NCBI GenBank assembly: GCA_023388435.1
Contig: JAEWGG010000033.1
Coordinates: forward strand, 29,623-93,622
From: Bacillota bacterium
GTDB taxonomy: Bacteria > Bacillota > Clostridia > Saccharofermentanales > Fastidiosipilaceae
Length of the DNA: 64,000 nt
Direction: 5' to 3'
The notes under the pieces were generated by a model. It saw nothing but the letters and a program-made list of their open reading frames with translations, did no database searches and was not told the DNA's origin. The translations under genes were made by a program, and so were the position numbers. How positions within the stretch are numbered: position 1 is the stretch's first letter; each line of letters opens with the position of its first letter. Positions 26,902 to 36,322 of this stretch are shown in pieces.

Positions 26902-27076
26902 CTTTTCCCTTCCTCTGGCCAGGGTTCATTCAGCGCTGCTGGCCGCTGACTTTTGTTCCTATTATACCCTGCGCCCAAGACCCTCGGCCCTGGTCTGTGG
27001 TAAAATACAAGCACGTACTCGGTGTGGCCTGCAGACCGACCACATCGGCCCAGTATCAGTGAAGAGGAGATACGCT

Positions 27077-27490
27077 ATGATTAAATTTGTAATTGGCGCC
27101 AAGGGCAGCGGCAAGACGGGACGGTTGGTTGACGAGCTCAACCGCCTGGCCATGGATGAGCAGCTGAACATTGTCTGCCTGGAGAAGGGGGATCGCCTGG
27201 ATCGCCAAGTCAAGCCCCAGATCCGCCTTGTGGACGTCTCGCAGTACCCTGTCAACGGCTATCGCGAACTGCTGAGCTTTATTGCCGGTATCGCGGCCAA
27301 GGATTTCGATATTACGGACCTCTACATTGACAGCATCAACAAGGTTACTGGTTCGGACTGCCGCGAGGAACTTGCCCAGTTCGTCAAGGAGCTGGAGCAG
27401 TTTATCCAGGGCCATGCGATGAAGGTGACCATCCTGCTCAGCATCAGCCCCGAGGAGATGCCTGAGTCGCTCAAGCCCTATATCAGCTGA
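27077..27490 (+). CDS. small (137-aa) P-loop NTPase-like protein, uncharacterised
   Basis: Walker A GAKGSGKT at residues 6-13 and a candidate Walker B DLYIDS. GAGGAGA SD. Divergent from the DUF4364 gene. Confidence 0.55.
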   Translation: MIKFVIGAKGSGKTGRLVDELNRLAMDEQLNIVCLEKGDRLDRQVKPQIRLVDVSQYPVNGYRELLSFIAGIAAKDFDITDLYIDSINKVTGSDCREELAQFVKELEQFIQGHAMKVTILLSISPEEMPESLKPYIS

Positions 27491-27514
27491 GCGAGGGCGA
27501 TTGTGCTGGAAGGG

Positions 27515-27562
27515 ACAGGCCAGATTCTCAATTCGTAGAATCCGGCCTGTTTTCTGTCTTTT
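27515..27562 (+). terminator. rho-independent terminator
   Basis: ACAGGCCAGATTCT...AGAATCCGGCCTGT stem followed by TTTCTGTCTTTT. Confidence 0.7.
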
Positions 27563-27640
27563 GATCTGGTGGAGGGGCAGCATATGGGTCGCTGCCTGTA
27601 CAGAGAAATACGCATACTAGAGAAGCAGTGGAGAAGAAAA

Positions 27641-28111
27641 ATGGCTCTAAAAGAGAAAATCAGTGAAGGAGCTGGGAAGACCAGCAAGATGTTCACGGAA
27701 TTTAAGGAATTCATCAACCGCGGCAATGTCGTGGACATGGCCGTCGGTGTGATCATTGCCACGGCCTTCGGCGCCATTGTCAACAGCCTGGTCAACGATA
27801 TATTCATGCCCTTTGTGGGCTATCTCCTGGCCGGTGTGGACTTCAGCAAGATGAGCATCGTCCTGCGTGAGGCCGTGGGCGAGCAGCCCGCTTTGGCCAT
27901 CGGCTACGGCAGCCTGATCCAGAAGATTTTGAACTTCCTGGTCATCGCCCTCTGTATCTTCTTCGTGGTGAAGGGCATCAACCGTCTGCGCCGTAAGGAA
28001 GAGGCCAAGGCTGACGAGGCCGCCCCCGAGGAGGAGCCCGTGGTGGATGACCACGCCCTGCTGGAGGGTATCCTGGGCGAGCTGAAGAAGCTGAACGAGA
28101 AGCAGGGCTGA
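27641..28111 (+). CDS. mscL: large-conductance mechanosensitive channel MscL
   Basis: FKEFINRGNVVDMAVGVIIATAFGAIVNSLVNDIFMP is the MscL signature. Start could also be ATG 27689. Confidence 0.9.
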   Translation: MALKEKISEGAGKTSKMFTEFKEFINRGNVVDMAVGVIIATAFGAIVNSLVNDIFMPFVGYLLAGVDFSKMSIVLREAVGEQPALAIGYGSLIQKILNFLVIALCIFFVVKGINRLRRKEEAKADEAAPEEEPVVDDHALLEGILGELKKLNEKQG

Positions 28112-28270
28112 GGCCGCAGCGCCCCAGTTTTCACAAGGCCTACCTGCCTCAGTCCCGATACCAGAGATCCGAGAAGAGCTCCCCCCTGAGCCTGGAACAG
28201 CTTTGCCCCGCCATCCCTGACGGTGGGGATTCGGCACCTTCCATGCTCACTGCGGGGCTCTTTTGCATGC

Positions 28271-28300
28271 TTGCCGAATCCGATTGGACCTGCTTAGAAT
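28271..28300 (+). promoter_or_regulatory. candidate uvrA promoter ending 7 nt before the start codon
   Basis: TTGCCG (28271-28276), 18-nt spacer, TAGAAT (28295-28300). ATG at 28308 has no SD. Confidence 0.4.
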
Positions 28301-28307
28301 AGAGATT

Positions 28308-31247
28308 ATGGATAAGTACATACGTATTAAAGGTGCCCGCGAGCACAATTTGAAAAATATTGATGTGGAGATTCCCCGCCAGGAGCTGGTCGTACTGACG
28401 GGACTTTCTGGCTCAGGTAAGTCCACCCTGGCCTTTGACACCATTTTTGCCGAGGGCCAGCGCCGCTATGTGGAGTCTCTGTCCAGCTATGCCCGCCAGT
28501 TCCTGGGCCAGCTGGAAAAGCCGGATGTAGACGCCATCAGCGGCCTGTCTCCGGCCATTTCCATAGACCAGAAGACAACCAGCCACAATCCCCGTTCGAC
28601 GGTGGGGACGGTGACGGAGATTTACGACTTCCTGCGTCTGCTCTATGCCCGGGCGGGGGAGAGCTACTGTCCAGTCTGTGGTAAAAAGATTGAGCGCCAG
28701 AGTTTGGACCAGATCCTGGAGCAGGTCCTGGCCCATCCTGAGGGCCAGCGCCTCTACGTACTGGCCCCAGTGGTGCGCGGGCGCAAGGGGGAGTTCAAGC
28801 AGCTTTTTCAGGATTTGAAGAGAGAAGGGTACATGCGTTTTCGCGTGGATGGGACCTTCTATAATGCGGGAGAGGAGATTGAGCTCAGCAAGACGCGCAA
28901 GCACGATATCGCTGTCGTCGTCGACCGCCTCAAGCTGCGCCCGGATATCCGCGCCCGTCTGGGGGACTCTGTGGAGACGGCCCTGCGCCTGGCCGACGGC
29001 CTGATGCTGGCACTTTTTGAGGACGGCCCCGGCGGTCCTGTGGAGGAGCAGCTGTTTAGCGAGCACTACGCCTGTGCGGACTGCCATATCAGCCTGCCAG
29101 AGCCTGAACCCCGCAACTTTTCTTTTAACAATCCCCTGGGGGCCTGCCCCGACTGTGGGGGTCTCGGCGTACACCGCTACATCGATGAGGAGCTTCTGAT
29201 TGAGAATCCCAGACTCAGCCTCAATGAGGGGGCCGTGCAGGCCGGTGGCTGGAATTTTCATGACACCAAGGGCTGGGGCCGGGGCTTCATTGAGGCCCTT
29301 GCCCAGCGCTACGACTTCTCCCTGGATAGCCCCTATCAGGACCTCCCCAGGGAGGTGCAGCGGATCATCATGTACGGCAACGGAGGGGAGAAGCTGCCCA
29401 TTGACACCAGCCGTTCCAAGTACAGGCGCGGACGGGCCTACCGCAGCGCCTGGGAGGGCGTCATTCCCTCGCTGGAGCGCCGCTATCGGGAGGCCAGCTC
29501 GGATGAGCTGCGCAATTATTACGAGCAGTACATGTCTGTCGAGGCCTGTCAGACCTGCCACGGGGCCCGCCTGCGCCCCGAATCGCTGGCGGTAAAAATC
29601 GGCCAGTACAACATCGCCGAGCTCTGTGCCCTGTCGATCAGCGACTGCCGCGACTACCTCCTGGCTGAGGTCCAGCGCATGAATCCCGAGCGTCGAGCCA
29701 TTGCCGAGCAGATCATGCGCGAGTTGGGCAGCCGCCTCCAATTTCTCATCGACGTCGGTCTGGACTACCTCAGTCTGGGGCGGGCCTCAGCCACGCTTTC
29801 TGGCGGGGAGGCCCAGCGCATACGCCTGGCCACCCAAATCGGCTCGGGCCTGATGGGGGTGCTTTACATTCTGGATGAGCCCAGTATCGGCCTGCACCAG
29901 CGGGACAACGGCCGCCTCCTGGCCACGCTCAAGCAGCTGAGGGACCTGGGGAACTCAGTTCTTGTCGTCGAACACGATGAGGAGACCATCCGCGCGGCGG
30001 ACTGTATTTTGGACCTTGGACCTGGTGCCGGTTCGGAGGGCGGCGAGCTGGTGGCCCTGGGCCGCGTGGAGGAAATCATGGCCGAACCGCGGTCCATTAC
30101 GGGTCAGTACCTCTCTGGTCGCCGGCACATCGCCGTGCCCCAGGAGCGACGCAGGGGCAACGGACACTATCTGGACCTGAAGGACGCGGCGGAGCACAAT
30201 CTCAAGCAGGTCTCCCTCCGTCTTCCGCTGGGGACGCTGATCTGTGTTACGGGAGTTTCTGGCTCTGGTAAAAGTTCTCTGGTTAACTCCTGCCTCCTGC
30301 CCCAGTTGGAGCAGCATCTGAATGGGGCCCGCCGCCGTCGCTGCCGCTGTGGGGAGGTTCGCGGACTGGAAGCCCTGGATAAAGTCATCGCCATTGACCA
30401 GTCTCCCATCGGCCGCACTCCGCGTTCCAACCCTGCCACCTACACCGGGCTCTTCGACCTGATCCGTGAACTCTTTGCCCAGATCCCCGAGGCCCGCGCC
30501 AGGGGCTACAAGCCCGGACGCTTTTCCTTTAATGTGCGCGGGGGGCGCTGTGAGGCCTGCCGTGGCGACGGTGTAAAACACATCGAGATGCACTTTCTCT
30601 CGGACATCTATGTTCCCTGTGAAGTCTGCCATGGCCAGCGCTACAACCAGGAGACCCTGGAAATTCGCTACAAGGGCAAAAACATTGCGGAGGTCCTGGC
30701 CATGACCGTGGAGGAGGCGCTGGCCTTCTTCGAAGCCGTACCGCGTATCCGACGTAAGCTGGAGACTCTCTATGAGGTAGGCCTCTCCTACATGCAGCTG
30801 GGCCAACCCTCAACCCAGCTGTCGGGCGGCGAGGCCCAGCGTGTGAAGCTGGCTACAGAGCTGTCCAAGCGCTCTACAGGCCGGACCTTCTACATCCTTG
30901 ACGAACCCACGACTGGCCTGCATACGGCGGATGTGCACCGCCTGATTCACATCGTCCAGAAGCTCGTGGACAAGGGAAATACCGTGCTCATCATCGAGCA
31001 CAACCTGGACCTTATTAAGTCTGCCGACCATATTGTCGACCTCGGTCCGGAGGGCGGCGCTGCGGGCGGGCGAATTGTGGCCCAGGGAAGTCCGGAGGAG
31101 CTCAGCCAGGTGAGCGGCTCCTACACCGGCCAGTATCTGCGGCAGATACTCGAGGACGAGCTGCGCTGGCGGGAGTCTGAGGAGGCCCGGATGGCCCTGA
31201 CCCAGCCTCTGGGACAGCACCCGCAGGGGGAAGCTGAAGGGGATTAG
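28308..31247 (+). CDS. uvrA: excinuclease ABC subunit UvrA
   Basis: [24 protein letters not shown], two ABC modules ([14 protein letters not shown]; [11 protein letters not shown]), zinc modules CPxCG and CExCxGxG, and signatures LSGGEAQR (twice). Confidence 0.97.
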   Translation: MDKYIRIKGAREHNLKNIDVEIPRQELVVLTGLSGSGKSTLAFDTIFAEGQRRYVESLSSYARQFLGQLEKPDVDAISGLSPAISIDQKTTSHNPRSTVGTVTEIYDFLRLLYARAGESYCPVCGKKIERQSLDQILEQVLAHPEGQRLYVLAPVVRGRKGEFKQLFQDLKREGYMRFRVDGTFYNAGEEIELSKTRKHDIAVVVDRLKLRPDIRARLGDSVETALRLADGLMLALFEDGPGGPVEEQLFSEHYACADCHISLPEPEPRNFSFNNPLGACPDCGGLGVHRYIDEELLIENPRLSLNEGAVQAGGWNFHDTKGWGRGFIEALAQRYDFSLDSPYQDLPREVQRIIMYGNGGEKLPIDTSRSKYRRGRAYRSAWEGVIPSLERRYREASSDELRNYYEQYMSVEACQTCHGARLRPESLAVKIGQYNIAELCALSISDCRDYLLAEVQRMNPERRAIAEQIMRELGSRLQFLIDVGLDYLSLGRASATLSGGEAQRIRLATQIGSGLMGVLYILDEPSIGLHQRDNGRLLATLKQLRDLGNSVLVVEHDEETIRAADCILDLGPGAGSEGGELVALGRVEEIMAEPRSITGQYLSGRRHIAVPQERRRGNGHYLDLKDAAEHNLKQVSLRLPLGTLICVTGVSGSGKSSLVNSCLLPQLEQHLNGARRRRCRCGEVRGLEALDKVIAIDQSPIGRTPRSNPATYTGLFDLIRELFAQIPEARARGYKPGRFSFNVRGGRCEACRGDGVKHIEMHFLSDIYVPCEVCHGQRYNQETLEIRYKGKNIAEVLAMTVEEALAFFEAVPRIRRKLETLYEVGLSYMQLGQPSTQLSGGEAQRVKLATELSKRSTGRTFYILDEPTTGLHTADVHRLIHIVQKLVDKGNTVLIIEHNLDLIKSADHIVDLGPEGGAAGGRIVAQGSPEELSQVSGSYTGQYLRQILEDELRWRESEEARMALTQPLGQHPQGEAEGD

Positions 31248-31331
31248 TATCCGAATTTACGTGGATATCTGCCATTTCATAAGGTTAAGCAGACCTTAAG
31301 TTTTGTGCTGTACAAGTCCAGGCTGCTCCGC

Positions 31332-31357
31332 TATAATTAATGTCAAAGAAAGACAAA
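31332..31357 (+). promoter_or_regulatory. -10 box plus CtsR-like operator upstream of the Clp ATPase gene
   Basis: TATAAT (31332-31337) is followed by TGTCAAA-GAA-AGACAAA (31341-31357). This matches the CtsR consensus RGTCAAA-NAN-RGTCAAA at 12 of 14 heptad positions. Confidence 0.55.
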
Positions 31358-31367
31358 AGAGGTGACT

Positions 31368-33932
31368 ATGTCCGTATGTCATTGCTGCCACGAAAATGTG
31401 GCTGTGATTTATAGAACACGTGCCCATGAGGAGGGGGAGTCAGCCTATGAGGGTTACTGCCTCAGCTGCGCCCTGCGCCATCCGGAACTGGGGCTGGAGC
31501 AGATGCTGCGCCAGGCTGGTCTCAATGAAGAGAATGTTGATGCGATTACGGCCCAGCTCAACCAGGTCATGGAGCCGATGAAGGAGGACTCTCCGGAGGA
31601 GCTCTTCACCCGCTTACAGGAAATTATGGGGAATATGCCCCAGGACCTGCCAGGGGCCCAGGGGCTGGCCCAGGCCTTCGGGGCCCTGCAGCCGGGGGAG
31701 GACGGGAAGCCGGAGGAGTCCAAGGAGCCGGCAGAGGAGGGTGCTGGAGAAGCGGAGTCCCATTCCGCCTCTTCGCCCTTTAGCGGCTTCTTCGGTCGGG
31801 AAGGTCTGGCTGCCATGGGTGAACAGAGCGTTGGTGAGGCCCTGCAGATGATGATTTCCGGTGTCCTGGGCATGGGCGACCCGGAACAGGCTGGGCTGAT
31901 GCCTGCGACCCACGGCCAGGAGCTCCTGGCTGAGGAGGATCAGGGCGCCGACCAGAGTCGCCAGACGGGGCGCCGGACCAGAGAGGGGGGCCGCGACAAG
32001 CGGCGCAGCCGCAAACTTCTGGAGCACTACGGCCGCAACCTCAATGCGGCGGCGCGGGCCGGAGAACTGGATCCGCTGATTGGCCGTGCGAAGGAATTAG
32101 AGCGCGTCATCCAGATCCTGAATCGCCGTATGAAGAACAATCCCGTTCTGCTGGGCGAGCCAGGCGTCGGTAAGACGGCCATTGCCGAGGGCCTGGCCAG
32201 TCGTATAGTGGCAGGGGAGGTGCCCGCCAAGCTCCAGGATATGGAGGTCTACCTCCTCGACATGACAGCCATGGTTGCGGGGACCCAGTTCCGCGGCCAG
32301 TTTGAGAGCCGTATGAAGGGCCTCGTCGAAGAGGCCCGAGATCTCGGGAACATCATCCTGGTCATTGATGAGCTGCACAATATCATGGGGGCCGGGGACG
32401 CTGAGGGTTCCATGAATGCGGCCAACATTCTGAAACCGAGCCTGGCTAAGGGTGAGATCCGCATTCTCGGCTCCACAACCCTCAGTGAGTACCGCCGTTT
32501 TATCGAGAAGGACTCGGCCCTGGAACGCCGCTTCCAGCAGGTTCTAGTTGAGGAGCCGGACCGTGAGGCCTGCCTTGAAATCCTGCGTTCGGTCAGCCAG
32601 CAGCTGGAGCGCTACCATCAGGTGCGCATTCCTGAGGCCCTCCTGGGACAGGCCTATGACCTGGCCGAGCGCTATGTGCCCGCCAGATTTTTCCCGGACA
32701 AGGCCATCGATATCCTCGATGAGGCCAGCTCAGCAGCGAATCTGGGGGACCAGGCCCTCGTGCGTCACCTCAAGTTGCAGCAGGAATATGAGGCTCTCCA
32801 GGCCAGTCACCGCGAGCAGCAGCAGGTGCTCAAGACCGATGAGGACCAGGCTCAGCTCTACGAGCGCGAAGCCCGTTACAAGGCCCAGTGTCTGCGCCTG
32901 GAGCAGGCCATTAAGGAGGCTGAGGCCGAGCTCCAGCCCCCGGAATTGACGCGGGAGGATCTGGCCCAGGTTGTGGAACTCTGGACGGGCATACCGCTCT
33001 CACGTCTGACAGAGGAAGACAATCAGCGTCTGCGGGAGCTGGAGTCCCGGCTCCACCAGCGGGTCATTGCTCAGGATGAGGCTGTGGGGGCACTGGCCCG
33101 GGGCATACGGCGCTCACGCTCCGGTCTGGGCCAGCGGCACAAGCCCGCCTCGTTTATTTTTGTCGGTCCCACTGGCGTCGGTAAAACCGAGCTTGTCAAG
33201 GCTCTGGCCTGGGCCCTCTTTGACCGTGAGGACAGCCTGGTGCGCCTGGATATGTCCGAGTACATGGAGGCGCATACAGTCAGTAAGCTCATCGGTTCGC
33301 CCCCTGGCTATGTGGGCTACGATGAGGCTGGCCAGCTCACGGAGAAAATCCGCCGTCATCCCTACAGTGTCATTCTCCTCGATGAGATTGAGAAGGCCCA
33401 CCAGGATGTCTATAACATGCTGCTCCAGATCCTGGACGACGGACGACTCACGGACAGCCACGGGCGCACAGTCAACTTCGAGCACTGTGTCATCGTCATG
33501 ACCAGCAATGCCGGTACCAGCCAGCGGCAGGCAGCTTTCGGTTTCGGTTCCACGGCTCAGCAGGCCAAGGAACAGGTTGGGGCGGCGCTGAAGGAGATTT
33601 TTCGGCCGGAATTTCTCAATCGTATCGACGAGATCATCGTCTTCGAGGAGCTCAAGCCCGAGGAAATCCGCCAGATTGTGGATCTCATGCTGGCCGAGCC
33701 CCAGGCCCAGCTCCGGGAGCGGGGGATCGAACTGCGGCTCACAGAGGCCGCGAAGGATCAGCTGGCCCAGCTGGGCTATGATCCCAGAAATGGGGCCCGC
33801 CCTCTGCGCCGGGCCATCCGCCGCGAGGTGGAGGACCTGCTGGCAGACGCCCTCCTGGACGGACGCCTGGAGGGGAAAATCGGCGTCTCCGTGGACTACA
33901 GGGACGGGGCTTTTAGCCTGGACAGCCTGTGA
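31368..33932 (+). CDS. ClpC/ClpA-family two-AAA+ unfoldase with N-terminal C4 zinc ribbon instead of a Clp_N domain
   Basis: D1 [15 protein letters not shown] / VIDELHNI. Short coiled-coil M-domain. D2 [17 protein letters not shown] / LLDEIEKAH. Candidate ClpP-docking loop AAFGFG. N-terminus [12 protein letters not shown]...(22 aa)...CLSC. ATG 31368 preferred over GTG 31362 (AGAGGTG SD). Confidence 0.85.
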   Translation: MSVCHCCHENVAVIYRTRAHEEGESAYEGYCLSCALRHPELGLEQMLRQAGLNEENVDAITAQLNQVMEPMKEDSPEELFTRLQEIMGNMPQDLPGAQGLAQAFGALQPGEDGKPEESKEPAEEGAGEAESHSASSPFSGFFGREGLAAMGEQSVGEALQMMISGVLGMGDPEQAGLMPATHGQELLAEEDQGADQSRQTGRRTREGGRDKRRSRKLLEHYGRNLNAAARAGELDPLIGRAKELERVIQILNRRMKNNPVLLGEPGVGKTAIAEGLASRIVAGEVPAKLQDMEVYLLDMTAMVAGTQFRGQFESRMKGLVEEARDLGNIILVIDELHNIMGAGDAEGSMNAANILKPSLAKGEIRILGSTTLSEYRRFIEKDSALERRFQQVLVEEPDREACLEILRSVSQQLERYHQVRIPEALLGQAYDLAERYVPARFFPDKAIDILDEASSAANLGDQALVRHLKLQQEYEALQASHREQQQVLKTDEDQAQLYEREARYKAQCLRLEQAIKEAEAELQPPELTREDLAQVVELWTGIPLSRLTEEDNQRLRELESRLHQRVIAQDEAVGALARGIRRSRSGLGQRHKPASFIFVGPTGVGKTELVKALAWALFDREDSLVRLDMSEYMEAHTVSKLIGSPPGYVGYDEAGQLTEKIRRHPYSVILLDEIEKAHQDVYNMLLQILDDGRLTDSHGRTVNFEHCVIVMTSNAGTSQRQAAFGFGSTAQQAKEQVGAALKEIFRPEFLNRIDEIIVFEELKPEEIRQIVDLMLAEPQAQLRERGIELRLTEAAKDQLAQLGYDPRNGARPLRRAIRREVEDLLADALLDGRLEGKIGVSVDYRDGAFSLDSL

Positions 33933-33945
33933 GACTCAGGCGCGT

Positions 33946-33977
33946 AAAAAAGAGGGCCAGCGGCCCTCTTTTTTTTT
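33946..33977. terminator. bidirectional rho-independent terminator
   Basis: AAAAAAGAGGGCC-AGC-GGCCCTCTTTTTTTTT lies between the convergent clp-like and epimerase genes. Confidence 0.85.
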
Positions 33978-34047
33978 GTGTGCACCAGCGCTGTCTCTGG
34001 CTTAAGTCTGACTTGTTTTGGCCTGGGTCCCTCCCGGGCTTCTGTGC

Positions 34048-35190
34048 TTACGGCTCCTGCTTTGAGGTGCCGAGCCTTGCCGCTTCCAACTTGCCCTGCA
34101 GGCGGCGCAGCCTGGCCTTGCGGGCCTTGGACCGCCGCCGTCTATTCGCCTTCCACTGGCTGTGCAGGAGCTCTAAGGCCTCACGCTGATAGAGCCAGGC
34201 CAGGGTCTCCTCCAGAGTCTCCTGGATGGGCCGGGGTCTGTAGCCCAATTCGCGCTGGGCCTTAGAGTGGTCCACCTGCGAATTGGACTTGAGCACATCG
34301 ATGCTATAGGGAGTGAAGAAGGGCTTGCGGTGGCAGATACGGGCCAGGCGGAGCACCAGGCTGGCGGCGAAGCGCACCAGGCGCAGGGGAAGAAAAATCA
34401 GCTTTACGGACTGCCGTCCAAGGAAGCTGAAGACCGTCTTATAGAGTTCCGCAATGCTCAGACGATGGCCGGAGATAATGTAACCCTCACCGCTGCGTCC
34501 CCGTTCCATGGCCGCCAGTATGGCCTCGGAGACGTCACGGACATCCACAAAGTCGTAGGCCCCCTCGAAGCAGAAGAGCCGTCTGGCCCTGCGTTTATGT
34601 AAGAGGTGCAGCAGGACTTTTCCAAACTGTGAAGCGCGATAGTCCCCCGGCCCGATGATGCCGGTGGGAAAAATCAGTACGGCATCCAGGCCCTGGGCCA
34701 CCCCGCGGTAGACCTCGGCTGTGGCCTCAGACTTGCTCCGGGCGTAGGGTCCCAGCAAATCGGGATTCGGGAAGGCCCTGGCATCGAGTTCTCGAATGGT
34801 CTGATCCTTGGGCAGGTCGGGTAGGGCGTGAATGGAGCTGACGTAGACCAGACGGCGTACGCCATGGCGGAGGCAGGCCTCGACAACGTTCCGCGTGCCC
34901 AGGACATTGATGGCCTTGAGCGCCTGGTCATTCTTCGGGGCGATGTCCACCAGTCCAGCCAGGTGGTAGACGTAGTCCACGCCCTGACAGGCCCGGTCGA
35001 GGTCCTCAGCTCGGCGGATGTCCCCGTAGCAGAGTTCAAAACTAAGACCATCTAAGCAGTCGAGACGCTCTCCCGGCGGGACAAAGATGCGCAGGGCAGT
35101 GGCTGCGGCCCCCTTTTTCGCCTCAGCCTGCAGGAGTGTCCGCAGGAAGTTGTTGCCCAGATGACCTGTAGCACCAGTCACAAGAATCAT
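34048..35190 (-). CDS. NAD-dependent epimerase/dehydratase (extended SDR) with polybasic C-terminal tail
   Basis: MILVTGATGHLGNNF Rossmann motif and YxxxK (YARSK). C-terminal ~40 aa are KANRRRRSKARKARLRRLQGKLEAARLG. Confidence 0.75.
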   Translation of the reverse strand: MILVTGATGHLGNNFLRTLLQAEAKKGAAATALRIFVPPGERLDCLDGLSFELCYGDIRRAEDLDRACQGVDYVYHLAGLVDIAPKNDQALKAINVLGTRNVVEACLRHGVRRLVYVSSIHALPDLPKDQTIRELDARAFPNPDLLGPYARSKSEATAEVYRGVAQGLDAVLIFPTGIIGPGDYRASQFGKVLLHLLHKRRARRLFCFEGAYDFVDVRDVSEAILAAMERGRSGEGYIISGHRLSIAELYKTVFSFLGRQSVKLIFLPLRLVRFAASLVLRLARICHRKPFFTPYSIDVLKSNSQVDHSKAQRELGYRPRPIQETLEETLAWLYQREALELLHSQWKANRRRRSKARKARLRRLQGKLEAARLGTSKQEP

Positions 35191-35303
35191 GCTCTTACCC
35201 CCATGTATCCGAGTCAGTTCCTATCTTCTAAATTCATTATAGTCATTTTGTGGGCGAAAATCCTGTACACGTTTTGAAATTTTGTGAAAAAGTTAGGTCT
35301 GAG

Positions 35304-36008
35304 CTAGATTTGCTGACGCTCTGCACCAGTCTGCATCCCAAGTTCCCGGGCTAGCCCTAAGTGGCGCCAGGCCGTGATGAGTTCCATGGTACAAACCAGG
35401 GCCAGGGGGCAGATGAGGAGGGGGCCGGACTGTAGGGGGAGGAGGCCCCAGGGGAGAAGCTGGGTCGGCAGCCAGAAGAACAGGAAATAGAAGCCTAGGA
35501 GGCTGAGTCCCAGATAGCAGCGCCAGAGCCAGACTGGACGGCGGCAGCGATAGCTGCGCCGCAGGAGATGGAAGAGCGGGAAGGAAAGGGTATAGAAGCA
35601 GAGGCAGGCAGGGAGGTGCAGGACCAGGGACTGCTGCCAGAGCCTGGTGGCCCCGCGACTGGCCAGGTAGTTGAGGATGACGAGGATGGGAAAAAAGAGC
35701 AGGGCATGGGCCAGACTTCGGAGGTAGAAGAGGAGGCGATCCCTGCTGCCAGCCTTCTGTATGCGCCCCAGCAGGGCCGGTGCGAAGTCGCTGACGCTGG
35801 CCCCGAAGCAGCGTTCTGGAGCATGCTTCTTGCGCTCTCCACTACGGGCAAGGGCGACGAGAGCCCGCTCCATCAGGACCTGATCCCGCAGCTCCAAGCT
35901 TCGGGCCTGAAGGTAGTAATGGAGCCGGGCGAGGTAGCTGCGGTAGAGGGGGTGGAGCCTGTGGCGCTCCTGTCGCAGCCGGTACCAGGGCGACGAATAA
36001 GGGGACAT
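35304..36008 (-). CDS. hypothetical membrane protein (helical N-terminal domain plus ~4 TM)
   Basis: AAGGAAG SD. N-terminal ~90 aa soluble helical region, then hydrophobic segments (ALLFFPILVILNYL, LSLLGFYFLFFWLP, PLLICPLALVC). Vaguely DUF1129/DUF1700-like. No firm family call. Confidence 0.45.
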   Translation of the reverse strand: MSPYSSPWYRLRQERHRLHPLYRSYLARLHYYLQARSLELRDQVLMERALVALARSGERKKHAPERCFGASVSDFAPALLGRIQKAGSRDRLLFYLRSLAHALLFFPILVILNYLASRGATRLWQQSLVLHLPACLCFYTLSFPLFHLLRRSYRCRRPVWLWRCYLGLSLLGFYFLFFWLPTQLLPWGLLPLQSGPLLICPLALVCTMELITAWRHLGLARELGMQTGAERQQI

Positions 36009-36322
36009 GGCGGCTTCCTTTCTTGTTGTTCAAAAGTATTATATAAGAATGCGGCGCTCGCCCCCCGGGCGGCTGTCCAGGGCTGGCCCTGCCTGCCTTG
36101 AGGGCCTTGTAGATATCTTCAAAAATTCTTTTTGCGCGATATATCCAAAGGACATAATCTTGTATAGAATGGCCATGTTGGGCTGCTGAAGTCCGATTCG
36201 GACTCGTAGATTTGCTCAATAAAGTTCTGCACACCGCGTGCTCTCAGAGCCGTGGCTCCAGGACCGCGGACAGGGCGTTGTGCCCTGCTGGCGCGTGGCC
36301 TGGGCAATTAGAGTAGGAGCTT

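Noticed and set aside
28277-28289. Possible LexA/DinR (Cheo) box in the uvrA promoter (CGAATCCGATTGG)
   Set aside because: It does not fit CGAAC-N4-GTTCG. The spacing is odd (a 9-nt palindrome with a single central base) and the outer positions mismatch. I kept it only as an unexplained palindrome.
28413-29741. 442-aa minus-strand ORF opposite uvrA
   Set aside because: uvrA motifs on the plus strand are unambiguous. The antisense ORF has no start context or recognisable domain.
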